Source: Candidatus Micrarchaeota archaeon
GTDB taxonomy: Archaea > Micrarchaeota > Micrarchaeia > Norongarragalinales > UBA8480
Direction: 5' to 3'
Assembly: GCA_964388435.1 (NCBI GenBank)
Contig: CAYMAH010000029.1
Coordinates: 1 to 51,069, forward strand
Length of the DNA stretch: 51,069 nt
Notes under the pieces: model-generated
What the model was told of the DNA's origin: nothing
The model's database searches: none
What the model saw: the letters and a program-made list of their open reading frames with translations, nothing else
Made by a program: the position numbers and the translations under genes
Shown here: piece by piece, positions 22,854 through 32,061 of the stretch
Layout of the letters: the number at the start of each line of letters is the position of its first letter
Position numbering within the stretch: position 1 is the stretch's first letter

Positions 22854-25358
22854 ATGATAAAGAGACTTTTTTTGCAGCACTGGAAAAGCCACGAGAAAAC
22901 AGAGCTTAAATTCAACGAAGGCGCCAATCTTCTGGTTGGGGGAATGGGGTCTGGAAAAAGCAGCTGCGTTGACGCAATCTGCTTCGGATTATTCGGAACC
23001 TTTCCCGCCTTGAAAAGCAGGAGAACCCCTCTTCAAGAAGTTATAACAAGAAAAAAAGACTTCTGCCGGGTAGAGCTTGAGTTTGAATCTGAAGGCAAAA
23101 ACTACATTGTATCGCGAAGCTTCGGAAAAAATTCGAAATCCGAGTTAAGAGTGGATGAAACCGTAATTGAAACTCAGTCTCAAAGGATAAGCGAGTTCAT
23201 TGAAAAAGCGCTTGGAGTTGACTATGACCTTTTCACAAAGGCGGTTTACAGCGAGCAAAACAGGATAGAATATTTTCTTGAACTTCAAAGAGGGGAGAGA
23301 AAAAAACAGTTTGACGATCTCATTGGAATAAGCGCTTTCGAGACCGTAAGGGCTAACGCTTCCACCCTTATAAACAAGCTTAAATCCTCAAAATCTGACT
23401 TTGGGCTTTTTGACAGTTCAGAGTATGAAGAAGTTAAAAAAAAACAGGAGTTCGAGTCAAAGGAAATGAAAGAAATTGAAAAAAGCATTGAAGAAAAAGA
23501 AAAAAAGCAAGCATCTCTTGTGTTATCGATTGAAAAAATCAGAGGTAAAATAGAAGAATTGAAAAATAAAAAACAAATCCACCTACAAGCTCTGGAAGAT
23601 AAAACCCGCATTTCATCGCAATTGTCGTTCATAGATAAAAAGCTGAAAAGCCTGCCTGAATTGCAGGAAGAGTCTAATTCGCTGGAAATAGAAAAAGCCG
23701 ACGAGGTTGAGCGGCTTAAAAAACTAATAGAAACAAAGAGAAACCTTGAAAACCAGTTAAGTGGCTTAAACGCTGAAATCAGCGGGTTCAAAAAAGAAGA
23801 GTTGGATGAAACAGCCGGAGAAAAGCTTGAATTAATTGAAAATAAAAAAACAGAAATTGAAAAACTCATTGAAAAGCTAGGCGGAGATATCGCAAGAACA
23901 AGGGAAAAAAAAATTTCCAAACTAATCGAAGCGGATAAAATTAAAAAAGAATTAGAACGGATTGAAAGTGAAAAGCCAGAGCTTGAAGAGTTAAAGGAAA
24001 AAATAAAAATTAAAACAAGCGAGGTAACCGAAGATCAAAGAAAAGAGGCGGTGTTCAGAGATAAAATAGCTCAAAACAGCGAAATCATAACGCTTTTAAA
24101 CAAAGCAGCTGGAAAGTGTCCAACGTGCGGAGCAGAATTAACCGAAAAACACAGGGATGAAATGCTCAAACTTAAAAAAACAGAAATTGAAAACCTTAAA
24201 GAAAACCTGGGGAAGCTAAACCCCGCAATAGAAAAAGAAGAGCTTAACAAACTGGAGGAAAGGAAAGCCAGGCTTGAAAACGACCGCTCGCTTGAAGATG
24301 AAAAAAGAAATATTTTAAAATCGATTTCAACCGAGCTTGATGATAAAGAGGAAAAAAGACTTGAAGTTTTGATAGAAGAGGGGAAAAAAAACCTTTCAGC
24401 CATCAATGAACAGTCAAAGCTTTTAACTGAACAGAAATTCAAGCTGGAAAGGCAGAAATTAGAAGAAAAAAAATTTAAAAATGCCGTTGAAAGAAAAAAA
24501 ATCATCGAAGCCGAGCTTGAAAAACTGAAAACAGTTGACGTTAACGAGCTTAAAAACAAAATCGACCTTTTAAACACGCTTGTAGAATTCAACGCTTTAA
24601 CAAGAGAGAAAGAAGAGAAGAATGAAAATATCAAGATAATAGAAGATAACCTTTCAAAACTAGGGTTCAAAGAGGAAGAGTTGAGCGAAGCTGAATCCGA
24701 GTTTTCAAAAATAAAGGAAGAAAGCGCCGAAAACAAGGCGGTTACAGCCGGATTAAGACAGAGAATTAACGGAGAAAAGAGAATAATGGAAGAATTCGAA
24801 AGACAGATTAGCGTAATGGAGGAAAAAATAAAAAAACTGAACGAAATTGAAAATAAAATAAAGAAAGCGCTGGAATTTGAAACGCTTATAACGGGAATTC
24901 AAACCCAGTTAAGGGAAGAATTAATCCAATCAGTAAATGAAGTTCTTGAAATAGTCTGGAAAAGCATCTATCCCTACAGAGATTATTCTTCAATTGTAAT
25001 AATTCCAACCGAAAATGACTATTCCCTCAAACTCAAAAACGAGGTTCTTGTAGACGTGGATGAAGTAAGCGGAGGGGAGAGAGCCTGCGCGGCGATAGCA
25101 TTGAGAATAGCGCTCGCGGTTACAATGGTGCCGAATCTGAAATGGCTTATACTGGACGAGCCAACGCACAATCTTGACTCCAACGCGGTTTCAATGCTTT
25201 CCGCCGCTTTTAGAGAAGGGTTCAGCTCAATAACAAAACAGGTTTTTATAATAACGCACGACGAAACGCTGAAATCAGATTTTGATTCTTACTATTTATT
25301 CGACAGAAGAAAAGATGACAATGGAATTACGATGGTGGAAAAAATAAGGTCGGTTTGA
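22854..25358 (+). CDS. rad50: Rad50 DNA double-strand break repair ATPase
   Basis: Walker A GGMGSGKSS. Long coiled coil with central zinc hook GKCPTCGAEL. Signature VSGGERACAAIALRIAL. Walker B LILDEPTHNLD. Confidence 0.9.
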   Translation: MIKRLFLQHWKSHEKTELKFNEGANLLVGGMGSGKSSCVDAICFGLFGTFPALKSRRTPLQEVITRKKDFCRVELEFESEGKNYIVSRSFGKNSKSELRVDETVIETQSQRISEFIEKALGVDYDLFTKAVYSEQNRIEYFLELQRGERKKQFDDLIGISAFETVRANASTLINKLKSSKSDFGLFDSSEYEEVKKKQEFESKEMKEIEKSIEEKEKKQASLVLSIEKIRGKIEELKNKKQIHLQALEDKTRISSQLSFIDKKLKSLPELQEESNSLEIEKADEVERLKKLIETKRNLENQLSGLNAEISGFKKEELDETAGEKLELIENKKTEIEKLIEKLGGDIARTREKKISKLIEADKIKKELERIESEKPELEELKEKIKIKTSEVTEDQRKEAVFRDKIAQNSEIITLLNKAAGKCPTCGAELTEKHRDEMLKLKKTEIENLKENLGKLNPAIEKEELNKLEERKARLENDRSLEDEKRNILKSISTELDDKEEKRLEVLIEEGKKNLSAINEQSKLLTEQKFKLERQKLEEKKFKNAVERKKIIEAELEKLKTVDVNELKNKIDLLNTLVEFNALTREKEEKNENIKIIEDNLSKLGFKEEELSEAESEFSKIKEESAENKAVTAGLRQRINGEKRIMEEFERQISVMEEKIKKLNEIENKIKKALEFETLITGIQTQLREELIQSVNEVLEIVWKSIYPYRDYSSIVIIPTENDYSLKLKNEVLVDVDEVSGGERACAAIALRIALAVTMVPNLKWLILDEPTHNLDSNAVSMLSAAFREGFSSITKQVFIITHDETLKSDFDSYYLFDRRKDDNGITMVEKIRSV

Positions 25359-27236
25359 TTAAAACTCCTTTTCAATCTTGGAAAGTAGCGCTCTTGTCCT
25401 AACGTCGGGCGAGAGCGCCTCCTTCAACACCTGGGAAATGTTTGAAACAGGCATTATCCTAACTTTTTTCCTCATCTCATCGCTTAGCACAAGATCCTCC
25501 TCATTTGACTTTGGAATTAAAACTCTTTTAATCCCACTTTCCACCGCCGCCTCAACCTTCTGCGTAACCCCCCCTACGGGAAGAACCTCCCCCCTCACGC
25601 TCAAAGAACCAGTCATGGCAATATCCTGCCTTATTGGAATGTTTTCAAGAGCTGAAATGACAACAGTCGCAACGCTTATAGAAGCGCTGTCTCCTTCAAC
25701 CCCCTCGTAAGTCTGAAGAAATTGAATATGAATATCATAAGTAGAAATGTCCTTTCCAACATGCTTCTTTAAAACCGCGCTAACATTATCCACTGCCTCC
25801 TTTGCGATTTCTCCCAGCTTACCTGTCGCTATTATTTTGCCTTCTTCCCTTGAAGCGGCCGGAGTTACCTCGGCAACGATTGGCAATACAATTCCCGCCT
25901 CGCCCATAACCGCCAGACCATTAACTTTTCCAATGCTGGTTCCCTTTGTCTCGAAAATCTGGTACTCCTTTCTTGCTTCAACAATCTGCTGAACCGCCTG
26001 TTGTTCAAGAGTCCTTGAAAGCTTCTTTGCCCTAACCACTTCATCCCCTGAAACAATTTTTTTGTTATTTTCAACAGACAAATCCCCGGCGGCTCTGACC
26101 AACCCCCCAAGTTCCCTTAACTTAAGCGTCAACCTGTTTTTCCTCCCGCTCCTCTTCCTGGCCTCGCTTATAATTTCAGACACGGCGCTCTCGTCAAAAT
26201 GAGGTATCTTCCCGTCTTTTTTAACCTCCTGCGCCACAAACTGAACAATCTTCTCCCTGTTCTCCTCATTATCGACCATCGACTCGTCCATATAAACCTC
26301 GTACCCATAACCTCTGATTCTGGAACGCAACGCCGGGTGCATCTTCTTCATATCCTGATAATTCCCGGCTGCCACGAGAATAAAATCGCATGGAATCGGC
26401 TCTGTTTTCACAAGAGCCCCGCTTGACATTTCACTCTGCCCTGTAATTGAAAACTTCTTCTCCTGCATCGCGGTCAAAAGCTCCTGCTGCGATTTAGGGC
26501 TCAAAGCTCCAATCTCATCGATAAATAAAACTCCCTTGTTTGCCTTGTGAATAGCGCCTGCTTCCACCCTTAAATGAGCTGGAGTTCCCAAACCCCCGCT
26601 TTGATAAGGATCATGTCTCACATCCCCAAGCAAAGCTCCCGCCCTGGCGCCGGTGGCTTCAACAAAAGGACTTTTAGTCTTACCAGAATTATCAACCAAA
26701 AGCTTTTCAACCTCAAAATCACCTCCTCCAAAGCCTCTTGCCTTTCCAAGCTGCATGGCGAAAATCATAGCCGCGCCCATTATCAGCAATCCAATCAACA
26801 GAGCTGCTATTATAACATCGCTGAAAAACCGCTTTCCATAAGTAAGCAAAAGAAAAACTCCTAAAATCAAAATAAGCGTGCTTATAATATTGATGTTTCC
26901 CCCAGTCATTCTTGATTTTAACTTATTCTCCTGAACCTCTTTTTTTCCCTCTCCTGCCTTCATTATCTTGACTTTCGGCCTGTTTTCATCCTCGGGATTA
27001 GAAACAACAAGAATATCTTCAAGTTCTTGAATTGGAAGAAGCTCGCTCATAGCCTGAGCTAGCATAGACTTTCCAGTTCCAGGTATTCCAACAAGCAGCA
27101 CATTCCTTTTTTGCTTTGCAGCCTTCTTGATTATCTCAACCGCCTTGTTCTGGCCGATAATCTGATCCACAAGCTTATCAGAAACCTTAACTTCACTGGT
27201 GTCTTTTAACGATTTTAAATAATTCGTTTTCTTCAT
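25359..27236 (-). CDS. lonB: Archaeal membrane-bound Lon protease (LonB)
   Basis: AAA+ Walker A GIPGTGKS, interrupted by two TM helices ([11 protein letters not shown].../[18 protein letters not shown]). C-terminal Lon protease domain [16 protein letters not shown]...[15 protein letters not shown]. Confidence 0.9.
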   Translation of the reverse strand: MKKTNYLKSLKDTSEVKVSDKLVDQIIGQNKAVEIIKKAAKQKRNVLLVGIPGTGKSMLAQAMSELLPIQELEDILVVSNPEDENRPKVKIMKAGEGKKEVQENKLKSRMTGGNINIISTLILILGVFLLLTYGKRFFSDVIIAALLIGLLIMGAAMIFAMQLGKARGFGGGDFEVEKLLVDNSGKTKSPFVEATGARAGALLGDVRHDPYQSGGLGTPAHLRVEAGAIHKANKGVLFIDEIGALSPKSQQELLTAMQEKKFSITGQSEMSSGALVKTEPIPCDFILVAAGNYQDMKKMHPALRSRIRGYGYEVYMDESMVDNEENREKIVQFVAQEVKKDGKIPHFDESAVSEIISEARKRSGRKNRLTLKLRELGGLVRAAGDLSVENNKKIVSGDEVVRAKKLSRTLEQQAVQQIVEARKEYQIFETKGTSIGKVNGLAVMGEAGIVLPIVAEVTPAASREEGKIIATGKLGEIAKEAVDNVSAVLKKHVGKDISTYDIHIQFLQTYEGVEGDSASISVATVVISALENIPIRQDIAMTGSLSVRGEVLPVGGVTQKVEAAVESGIKRVLIPKSNEEDLVLSDEMRKKVRIMPVSNISQVLKEALSPDVRTRALLSKIEKEF

Positions 27237-27293
27237 TGTTAATATTTAAGGGTTTAAAACATTTAAACCTTGTGTTAAAAAAAAAAGAAAAAA

Positions 27294-27324
27294 AAGTAAG
27301 CTGATTAAAAAAAAAAGCTTACTT
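27294..27324 (-). terminator. Perfect 9-bp stem-loop flanked by A/T runs, downstream of the pilin genes
   Basis: AAGTAAGCT-13 nt A-rich loop-AGCTTACTT. It sits 9 nt beyond the stop of the last pilin gene (27333), between the convergently ending pilus operon and the lonB start. Confidence 0.5.
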
Positions 27325-27332
27325 AACTTAAT

Positions 27333-27551
27333 TCAGTGTACTGCCGTGCAGTTTACAATACCATTTGAGCCGCTATAATTGCAAGCCGAAGCATTTACGT
27401 TGTTCATTATATCATTACTTGTTGTGTTAACATTTGTGGAAGCACCCGATAATATGCTGGATTTCAAGATAACAATAACCAAAACCACTATAAGCAAAAT
27501 ACCTGCCAAAAGCAGTATATACTCAAAAGCTCCCTGCCCTTTGTTGTTCAT
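27333..27551 (-). CDS. Small type IV pilin (class III signal peptide), 72 aa
   Basis: MNNKG|QGAFEYILLLAGILLIVVLVIVIL. 2 Cys. GGTGAT SD upstream. Confidence 0.8.
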   Translation of the reverse strand: MNNKGQGAFEYILLLAGILLIVVLVIVILKSSILSGASTNVNTTSNDIMNNVNASACNYSGSNGIVNCTAVH

Positions 27552-27641
27552 TAAAATATCACCTTTAAAATAAATTAAAACTATATCTACGATATTCTTT
27601 TTAAACTTTTTGTTTAAACTTTTTTTCAGTTTTAAAGCATT

Positions 27642-27857
27642 TCAAGACGTAACGCAAGAGCTTATCTGAGTGTAATTAGAACTTGAAGTCAAATTGCAAT
27701 TTGAAACATTCTGATAAGTGTTTGAAGAAGTGTTGATATTCTGGTTTGCCGGAGTCAAAACATTTGTCTTGACCACCACCATCACAATGACTAAAATAAA
27801 TAAAACACCCGCGATTAACAAAATGTATTCAAGGGAACCCTGCGCTTTTTCCTTCAT
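27642..27857 (-). CDS. Small type IV pilin (class III signal peptide), 71 aa
   Basis: MKEKA|QGSLEYILLIAGVLFILVIVMVVV. 2 Cys. Confidence 0.8.
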   Translation of the reverse strand: MKEKAQGSLEYILLIAGVLFILVIVMVVVKTNVLTPANQNINTSSNTYQNVSNCNLTSSSNYTQISSCVTS

Positions 27858-27864
27858 TTTTTTT

Positions 27865-27978
27865 TCACTTCAAAACGCTTGTTTTAATAAAATAAGCCAC
27901 GACCGTAACGAAAACAACCGCCGCCGCTATCAACAAAAGATATTCTATAGCAGTCTGACCTTTTTTATTTTTTATCAT
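27865..27978 (-). CDS. Mini-pilin, 37 aa (signal peptide plus single helix); not in ORF track
   Basis: Own translation: MIKNKKG|QTAIEYLLLIAAAVVFVTVVAYFIKTSVLK-stop. ATGA overlap with the stop of the platform gene at 27975. Shares KGQTAIEYLL with P2 at 3647..4042. Confidence 0.65.
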   Translation of the reverse strand: MIKNKKGQTAIEYLLLIAAAVVFVTVVAYFIKTSVLK

Positions 27979-28982
27979 ATGGTACCACCTATTATCATTG
28001 AACTGGCAAGCTTGCCCACAGTGAATATAATCGTAACCAAAAGCATTGTGACAGGAGCGTAGATAATGTATTTAAACATCACTCCATCTCTTATCAAGCC
28101 TATTGCCACAAGCGTTATAATCGACTCTAAAACCAGGAAAGTAAGCAAAAGCTGTTGCATGGCTATATTCCTCCAAACATAAACCGGGTTTTGTTGGTTC
28201 AAACTGTTGAAACCAGCAATTAAAAACAATGCCAAAGTTGAATCGCTTGAAGCGAGCTGCTGAAGCGTTACATTGGCAGTTGAACTGGCAGTGCCTGAGG
28301 CCGCCATGCCACTGCTCATAAAGGTTATTATGGTTATAACAAAACCAAAAATAAAAGGAGCTAAAATCAAGCCTGAAATCACCAAAAACATTACGTGCAT
28401 CATGCTTCTCGAAGCTCTCTCTCTTTTAATCCTCTGAACATCCCTGGCATCCTCTGCAATTGCGTTTAAAACATCGGCAAGACCAGCCCCAGCTTTTCTA
28501 GCATCGATAACCACGCTCACCACTCTTTTAAACAATTCAGAACCTGAACCGCTTCCCAAGCCAAGCATCACATCGTCAAAACTCTTTCCCTCCCTCAAAG
28601 CCTTAAGCCCGTTTTTAAGATCGGTGCTTAAAGGCCCGTAATCAGCATTTGAAACCTCCTCCAAAGAAGTTTCAGTCGTCCCCCCTGCCTTTAACACAAG
28701 ACTCATATGCTTCAAAGCATCAGGAAGATTAGCCTCGATGCTTTCAATCCTGGAATTTCTTATCGAAATGGGAATTATTATCGCAAGGCTTGCAATTGCA
28801 ATAAAAGCAATAAAACCTATAAGAAAACCGTTGATTTGAAGATTTGGAATAAAATATTCAACAAGAAAATAACTCACTCCGCTAAGAACCATCGCCAAAA
28901 AAAACATGACTATAATGAAAACCTCAAAGCTGAGATTGATTCCAGTCCCAGCGTAAAAATTCTTTAAATCCTTATAATTCAT
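27975..28982 (-). CDS. Pilus platform membrane protein, single T2SSF domain (TadC/FlaJ-half-like)
   Basis: LPDALKHMSLVLKAGGTTETSLEEV...LREGKSFDDVM...IDARKAGAGLADVL is a GspF/T2SSF pattern, flanked by TM helices. Confidence 0.78.
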   Translation of the reverse strand: MNYKDLKNFYAGTGINLSFEVFIIVMFFLAMVLSGVSYFLVEYFIPNLQINGFLIGFIAFIAIASLAIIIPISIRNSRIESIEANLPDALKHMSLVLKAGGTTETSLEEVSNADYGPLSTDLKNGLKALREGKSFDDVMLGLGSGSGSELFKRVVSVVIDARKAGAGLADVLNAIAEDARDVQRIKRERASRSMMHVMFLVISGLILAPFIFGFVITIITFMSSGMAASGTASSTANVTLQQLASSDSTLALFLIAGFNSLNQQNPVYVWRNIAMQQLLLTFLVLESIITLVAIGLIRDGVMFKYIIYAPVTMLLVTIIFTVGKLASSMIIGGTI

Positions 28983-30118
28983 GTTGTAGGTTCTAACCTC
29001 CTAATCAAATAAAGAATCATTATCGTCATGAACAAAATGCCGATAAACAAGCTTAGCACAAGCACGAAGGCAATCCCCCCTCCGAAAACAGGAAGCTGAG
29101 CTACTGCGCTTAAAATGGTTAACATGACTGGCCCGACAACCGCGATCATGATATAACCTATGCTTATAAGATTTAAAACTTCTGTAAAATCTCTTATCTT
29201 CATCCTGCTTTCAAAAGAAACGTCATCCGCTATCGTGGTTATAATTTCAGCAAGATTCCCTCCTGTCCTCAAGGCCCTGATAATCTGAACCAAAGCTTTC
29301 TTCAAACCTTTTGATTTGGTTCTGATGCTCAACTTCAAAACCGCTTCCTCGGTGCTCATCCCTCCTTCCATGTCCACTAAAACTCTTTTAAACTCGTCGC
29401 TTAAAACACCATAATTGCTCTGAGCAATAGAGTTAAGAGAATTGCTAAAACTAACTCCCGCTTTAAGCTGAGTGGATAACTGCCTTAAAGCGAAAGGCAA
29501 TTCCTTGTCGATATCCTTAGCTCTCTCTCCTGCTTTCATTCCAGGATAGTAAATCATCAACAAGGAAGTGAGAATAAAACCAAGAACAGCAACTATTATA
29601 CTCAAAGTAACAGAATAGCCAATTCCCACCACGCTTAAAACAGGATTCAGGAAAATGCTCAAACTGCCAATTAAAATAAGAAGAAGAAACGCCACTATTA
29701 TTGAAATAACCGAAGATAATGCCATATACCCTTCGGGAGAAACGTTAATATTTGCGCTTTCAAGATTGTTCTTCAAACTGTTGGTTATTGGAAAAACGTT
29801 CATTAAATTTTGAATCAAAGAAAGCGGTTTTTCAAAAACAGTGTAAAAATTACCAAGAGCGTTGGAACTCTTATGAACCGAAACCTGAACCTCTCTCTTG
29901 ACCTCTTCAGTAGGAGCCATGACCAACCCCTTTCCTTCAACAGTTGTTTTAAGAGATTCCAGTTTCTTGCTGATATTTGTTTCCTTGGGAGCGTTCTTCT
30001 GCCTGAGCCTGTCGACAATCTTTTCAAGCTCCTCCTGCCTTCTTCTTTTTGACTCCGCGTCCTCCTCCTTTTCAACGTTCTCTTTTAAACTTGTAAGTTT
30101 TTTTTCAACCATTTTCAA
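28979..30118 (-). CDS. Pilus platform membrane protein, single T2SSF domain (TadB/FlaJ-half-like) with charged N-terminal extension
   Basis: LPFALRQLSTQLKAGVSFSNSLNSIA...MEGGMSTEEAV...IRALRTGGNLAEII. About 100-aa K/E-rich N-terminus. 4-nt overlaps on both sides. Confidence 0.78.
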   Translation of the reverse strand: MKMVEKKLTSLKENVEKEEDAESKRRRQEELEKIVDRLRQKNAPKETNISKKLESLKTTVEGKGLVMAPTEEVKREVQVSVHKSSNALGNFYTVFEKPLSLIQNLMNVFPITNSLKNNLESANINVSPEGYMALSSVISIIVAFLLLILIGSLSIFLNPVLSVVGIGYSVTLSIIVAVLGFILTSLLMIYYPGMKAGERAKDIDKELPFALRQLSTQLKAGVSFSNSLNSIAQSNYGVLSDEFKRVLVDMEGGMSTEEAVLKLSIRTKSKGLKKALVQIIRALRTGGNLAEIITTIADDVSFESRMKIRDFTEVLNLISIGYIMIAVVGPVMLTILSAVAQLPVFGGGIAFVLVLSLFIGILFMTIMILYLIRRLEPTT

Positions 30119-31662
30119 TCTCCGCGCTTAGTCCTCAAAATGTAATTCTGAGTTATAAAACAAACATCCTTCAACCTTCTCACCCCAGCCTCCTGCATCT
30201 TCCTTAAAATCTCCGCCCTGTTTGAAATCTCCTGATTCACAGCGCTCCTTGAAAGGCCGGTGTATCTCATAAGCGTTTGAACATAAAAAGAATTTAATTT
30301 GGTAGATTGAATCTCATCAACCGCGGGGTCCCAGGTATATAAAACCCTTAAGTCAGGAAGCTCTCCCTCCTTCTCTGAAGGGATAATTTCAGCTATTTCA
30401 GTAATTCTTCTTATTAAACCCTTCCTACGGTCATTAATCCTCTGCTGCATCACAATAAAATTCAAAGAATCAAGCATTATAACCGGAACTGAAATAGGAG
30501 GGCTGAACAAACGAGTCAAAGTCTCCTTCGCTGAATTGGCGTGAACCGTTCCCATACACCCGTCATGACCGGTATTCATTGCTGAAAATAACGTAAAACC
30601 TTCCTCCCCTCTTATTTCCCCCACAATAATCCTATCAGGCCTCATTCTCAAACTGTTCTTTACAAGATCATTCATCGTAATCTCTCCAACCCCCTCCATT
30701 CCAGGGGGCCTTGTCTCAAACCGAATCCAATGGCTCAAGGGAAGATTCAACTCCGCGGTATCCTCCACAGTCAAAACCCTTTCATTAGTAGGAATAAAAG
30801 AAGACAAAATGTTCAAAGTGCTTGTCTTACCCGAAGCAGTACCTCCTGAAATCAAAATATTAGCGGGTTTAGCGCCAAAACCGTCAGTAGCAAGCCAAAG
30901 AAAAGCGGCTATCTCAAGATTCATCGTTCTCAAATTCAAAAGATCTATTATAGTCAACGGGTCCTCCCTGAACTTTCTAAGAGTCAAAGTACTCCCATTA
31001 ACGCTTACAGGAGGGATGGTGGCGTTAACCCTTGTTCCATCGGGAAGCCTCGCGTCAAGCAACGGATTTTGAATGTCAATCCTCCTCCCGATATTCCTAG
31101 CAATCTTATCAATCAAATCCTTGATATCCTTGTCATCATAATAAACAACATTAGTAGTCATCATGTCATACTTTCTGTGAAAAACATAAACCGGCTTTCC
31201 AGGCCCTATAATCATGATTTCTTCAAGATTATCATCCTTGATTAAATCATCAATCAAACCATAGCCAACCATCTCCTTCAAAACAACATCAGTGTAAAAC
31301 TCCTTGGAATTAGGCGGCACTTTCAACTCAGGAGTGGAGTTGATGATATCCAAAATCTTATTCCTGTAAGCAAACCTCCTCTGCTGAGAAGTTTTATAAG
31401 TTTCGGTTTCAGTTTCAATAACCTTGGTGGCAATATCAATCAAAGAAGTGATTAAAATCTTCTCCTCCCCCAAATACCTTGGAACCGGAATCTCATAATG
31501 AAGCAAATCCTGCCCCGGAATCTTGTAAATCTTAACGTCCCCATAAGAAGCAACAAGGACATTATCCTCTTTCTTCTTCTCCTCCCCTATAATCTTTCTA
31601 ACCTCCTCTCCCTCCCCTTTTTCTGATTTTGCTTGAGCTATCAAATCTTCAAGTTTAGGCAT
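30115..31662 (-). CDS. Type IV pilus/archaellum-type secretion ATPase (FlaI/TadA/VirB11 family)
   Basis: Walker A GGTASGKTSTLN, Asp box LTVEDTAEL, Walker B RPDRIIVGEIRGEE, His box GHDGCMGTVHANS. Confidence 0.88.
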   Translation of the reverse strand: MPKLEDLIAQAKSEKGEGEEVRKIIGEEKKKEDNVLVASYGDVKIYKIPGQDLLHYEIPVPRYLGEEKILITSLIDIATKVIETETETYKTSQQRRFAYRNKILDIINSTPELKVPPNSKEFYTDVVLKEMVGYGLIDDLIKDDNLEEIMIIGPGKPVYVFHRKYDMMTTNVVYYDDKDIKDLIDKIARNIGRRIDIQNPLLDARLPDGTRVNATIPPVSVNGSTLTLRKFREDPLTIIDLLNLRTMNLEIAAFLWLATDGFGAKPANILISGGTASGKTSTLNILSSFIPTNERVLTVEDTAELNLPLSHWIRFETRPPGMEGVGEITMNDLVKNSLRMRPDRIIVGEIRGEEGFTLFSAMNTGHDGCMGTVHANSAKETLTRLFSPPISVPVIMLDSLNFIVMQQRINDRRKGLIRRITEIAEIIPSEKEGELPDLRVLYTWDPAVDEIQSTKLNSFYVQTLMRYTGLSRSAVNQEISNRAEILRKMQEAGVRRLKDVCFITQNYILRTKRGD

Positions 31663-31722
31663 GACTTAATATTCAAATCACGGGTTAAAAAAACTTTTCC
31701 ATCGCTTTCTTTCTGTTTTTTT

Positions 31723-32061
31723 TCACAACAATTTGAGTTTTGAAGTTATTTTATCAACCTTTTCATCCCTGTCAGGACCTACCGCAAGAGCAGTTAAAGT
31801 GCCTGAAGGAATCTGAGTGAAACCAGCGTCCGCTACAATACAAGCTTCAACCCCCGCCTTCTCACACTTATTTAATAATTCAATCAATTCTTTTTCAGAA
31901 GAAACCTTCAAAACAATCTTCTTGCTTCCCTCCTCAACCCAATCTTCAATCAACTTTTTACTTGACTTTCTAACACATTCAACAGAAGCGTGCGCCCCCT
32001 GAGCAACAAGCTTCCCCTTTCCCATGCCTAAATCACTTCTTAAAACAATGACCTGCTTCAT
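31723..32061 (-). CDS. pth2: Peptidyl-tRNA hydrolase, archaeal type (Pth2)
   Basis: MKQVIVLRSDLGMGKGKLVAQGAHASV...GFTQIPSGTLTALAVGP. Confidence 0.9.
   Translation of the reverse strand: MKQVIVLRSDLGMGKGKLVAQGAHASVECVRKSSKKLIEDWVEEGSKKIVLKVSSEKELIELLNKCEKAGVEACIVADAGFTQIPSGTLTALAVGPDRDEKVDKITSKLKLL

Noticed and set aside
23285-24736. Long minus-strand ORFs (211 aa and 221 aa) inside rad50
   Set aside because: They lie antisense to a K/E-rich coiled-coil gene. Their Ser/Phe/Leu-rich low-complexity translations are the expected mirror-frame artefact, and rad50 has full motif support.
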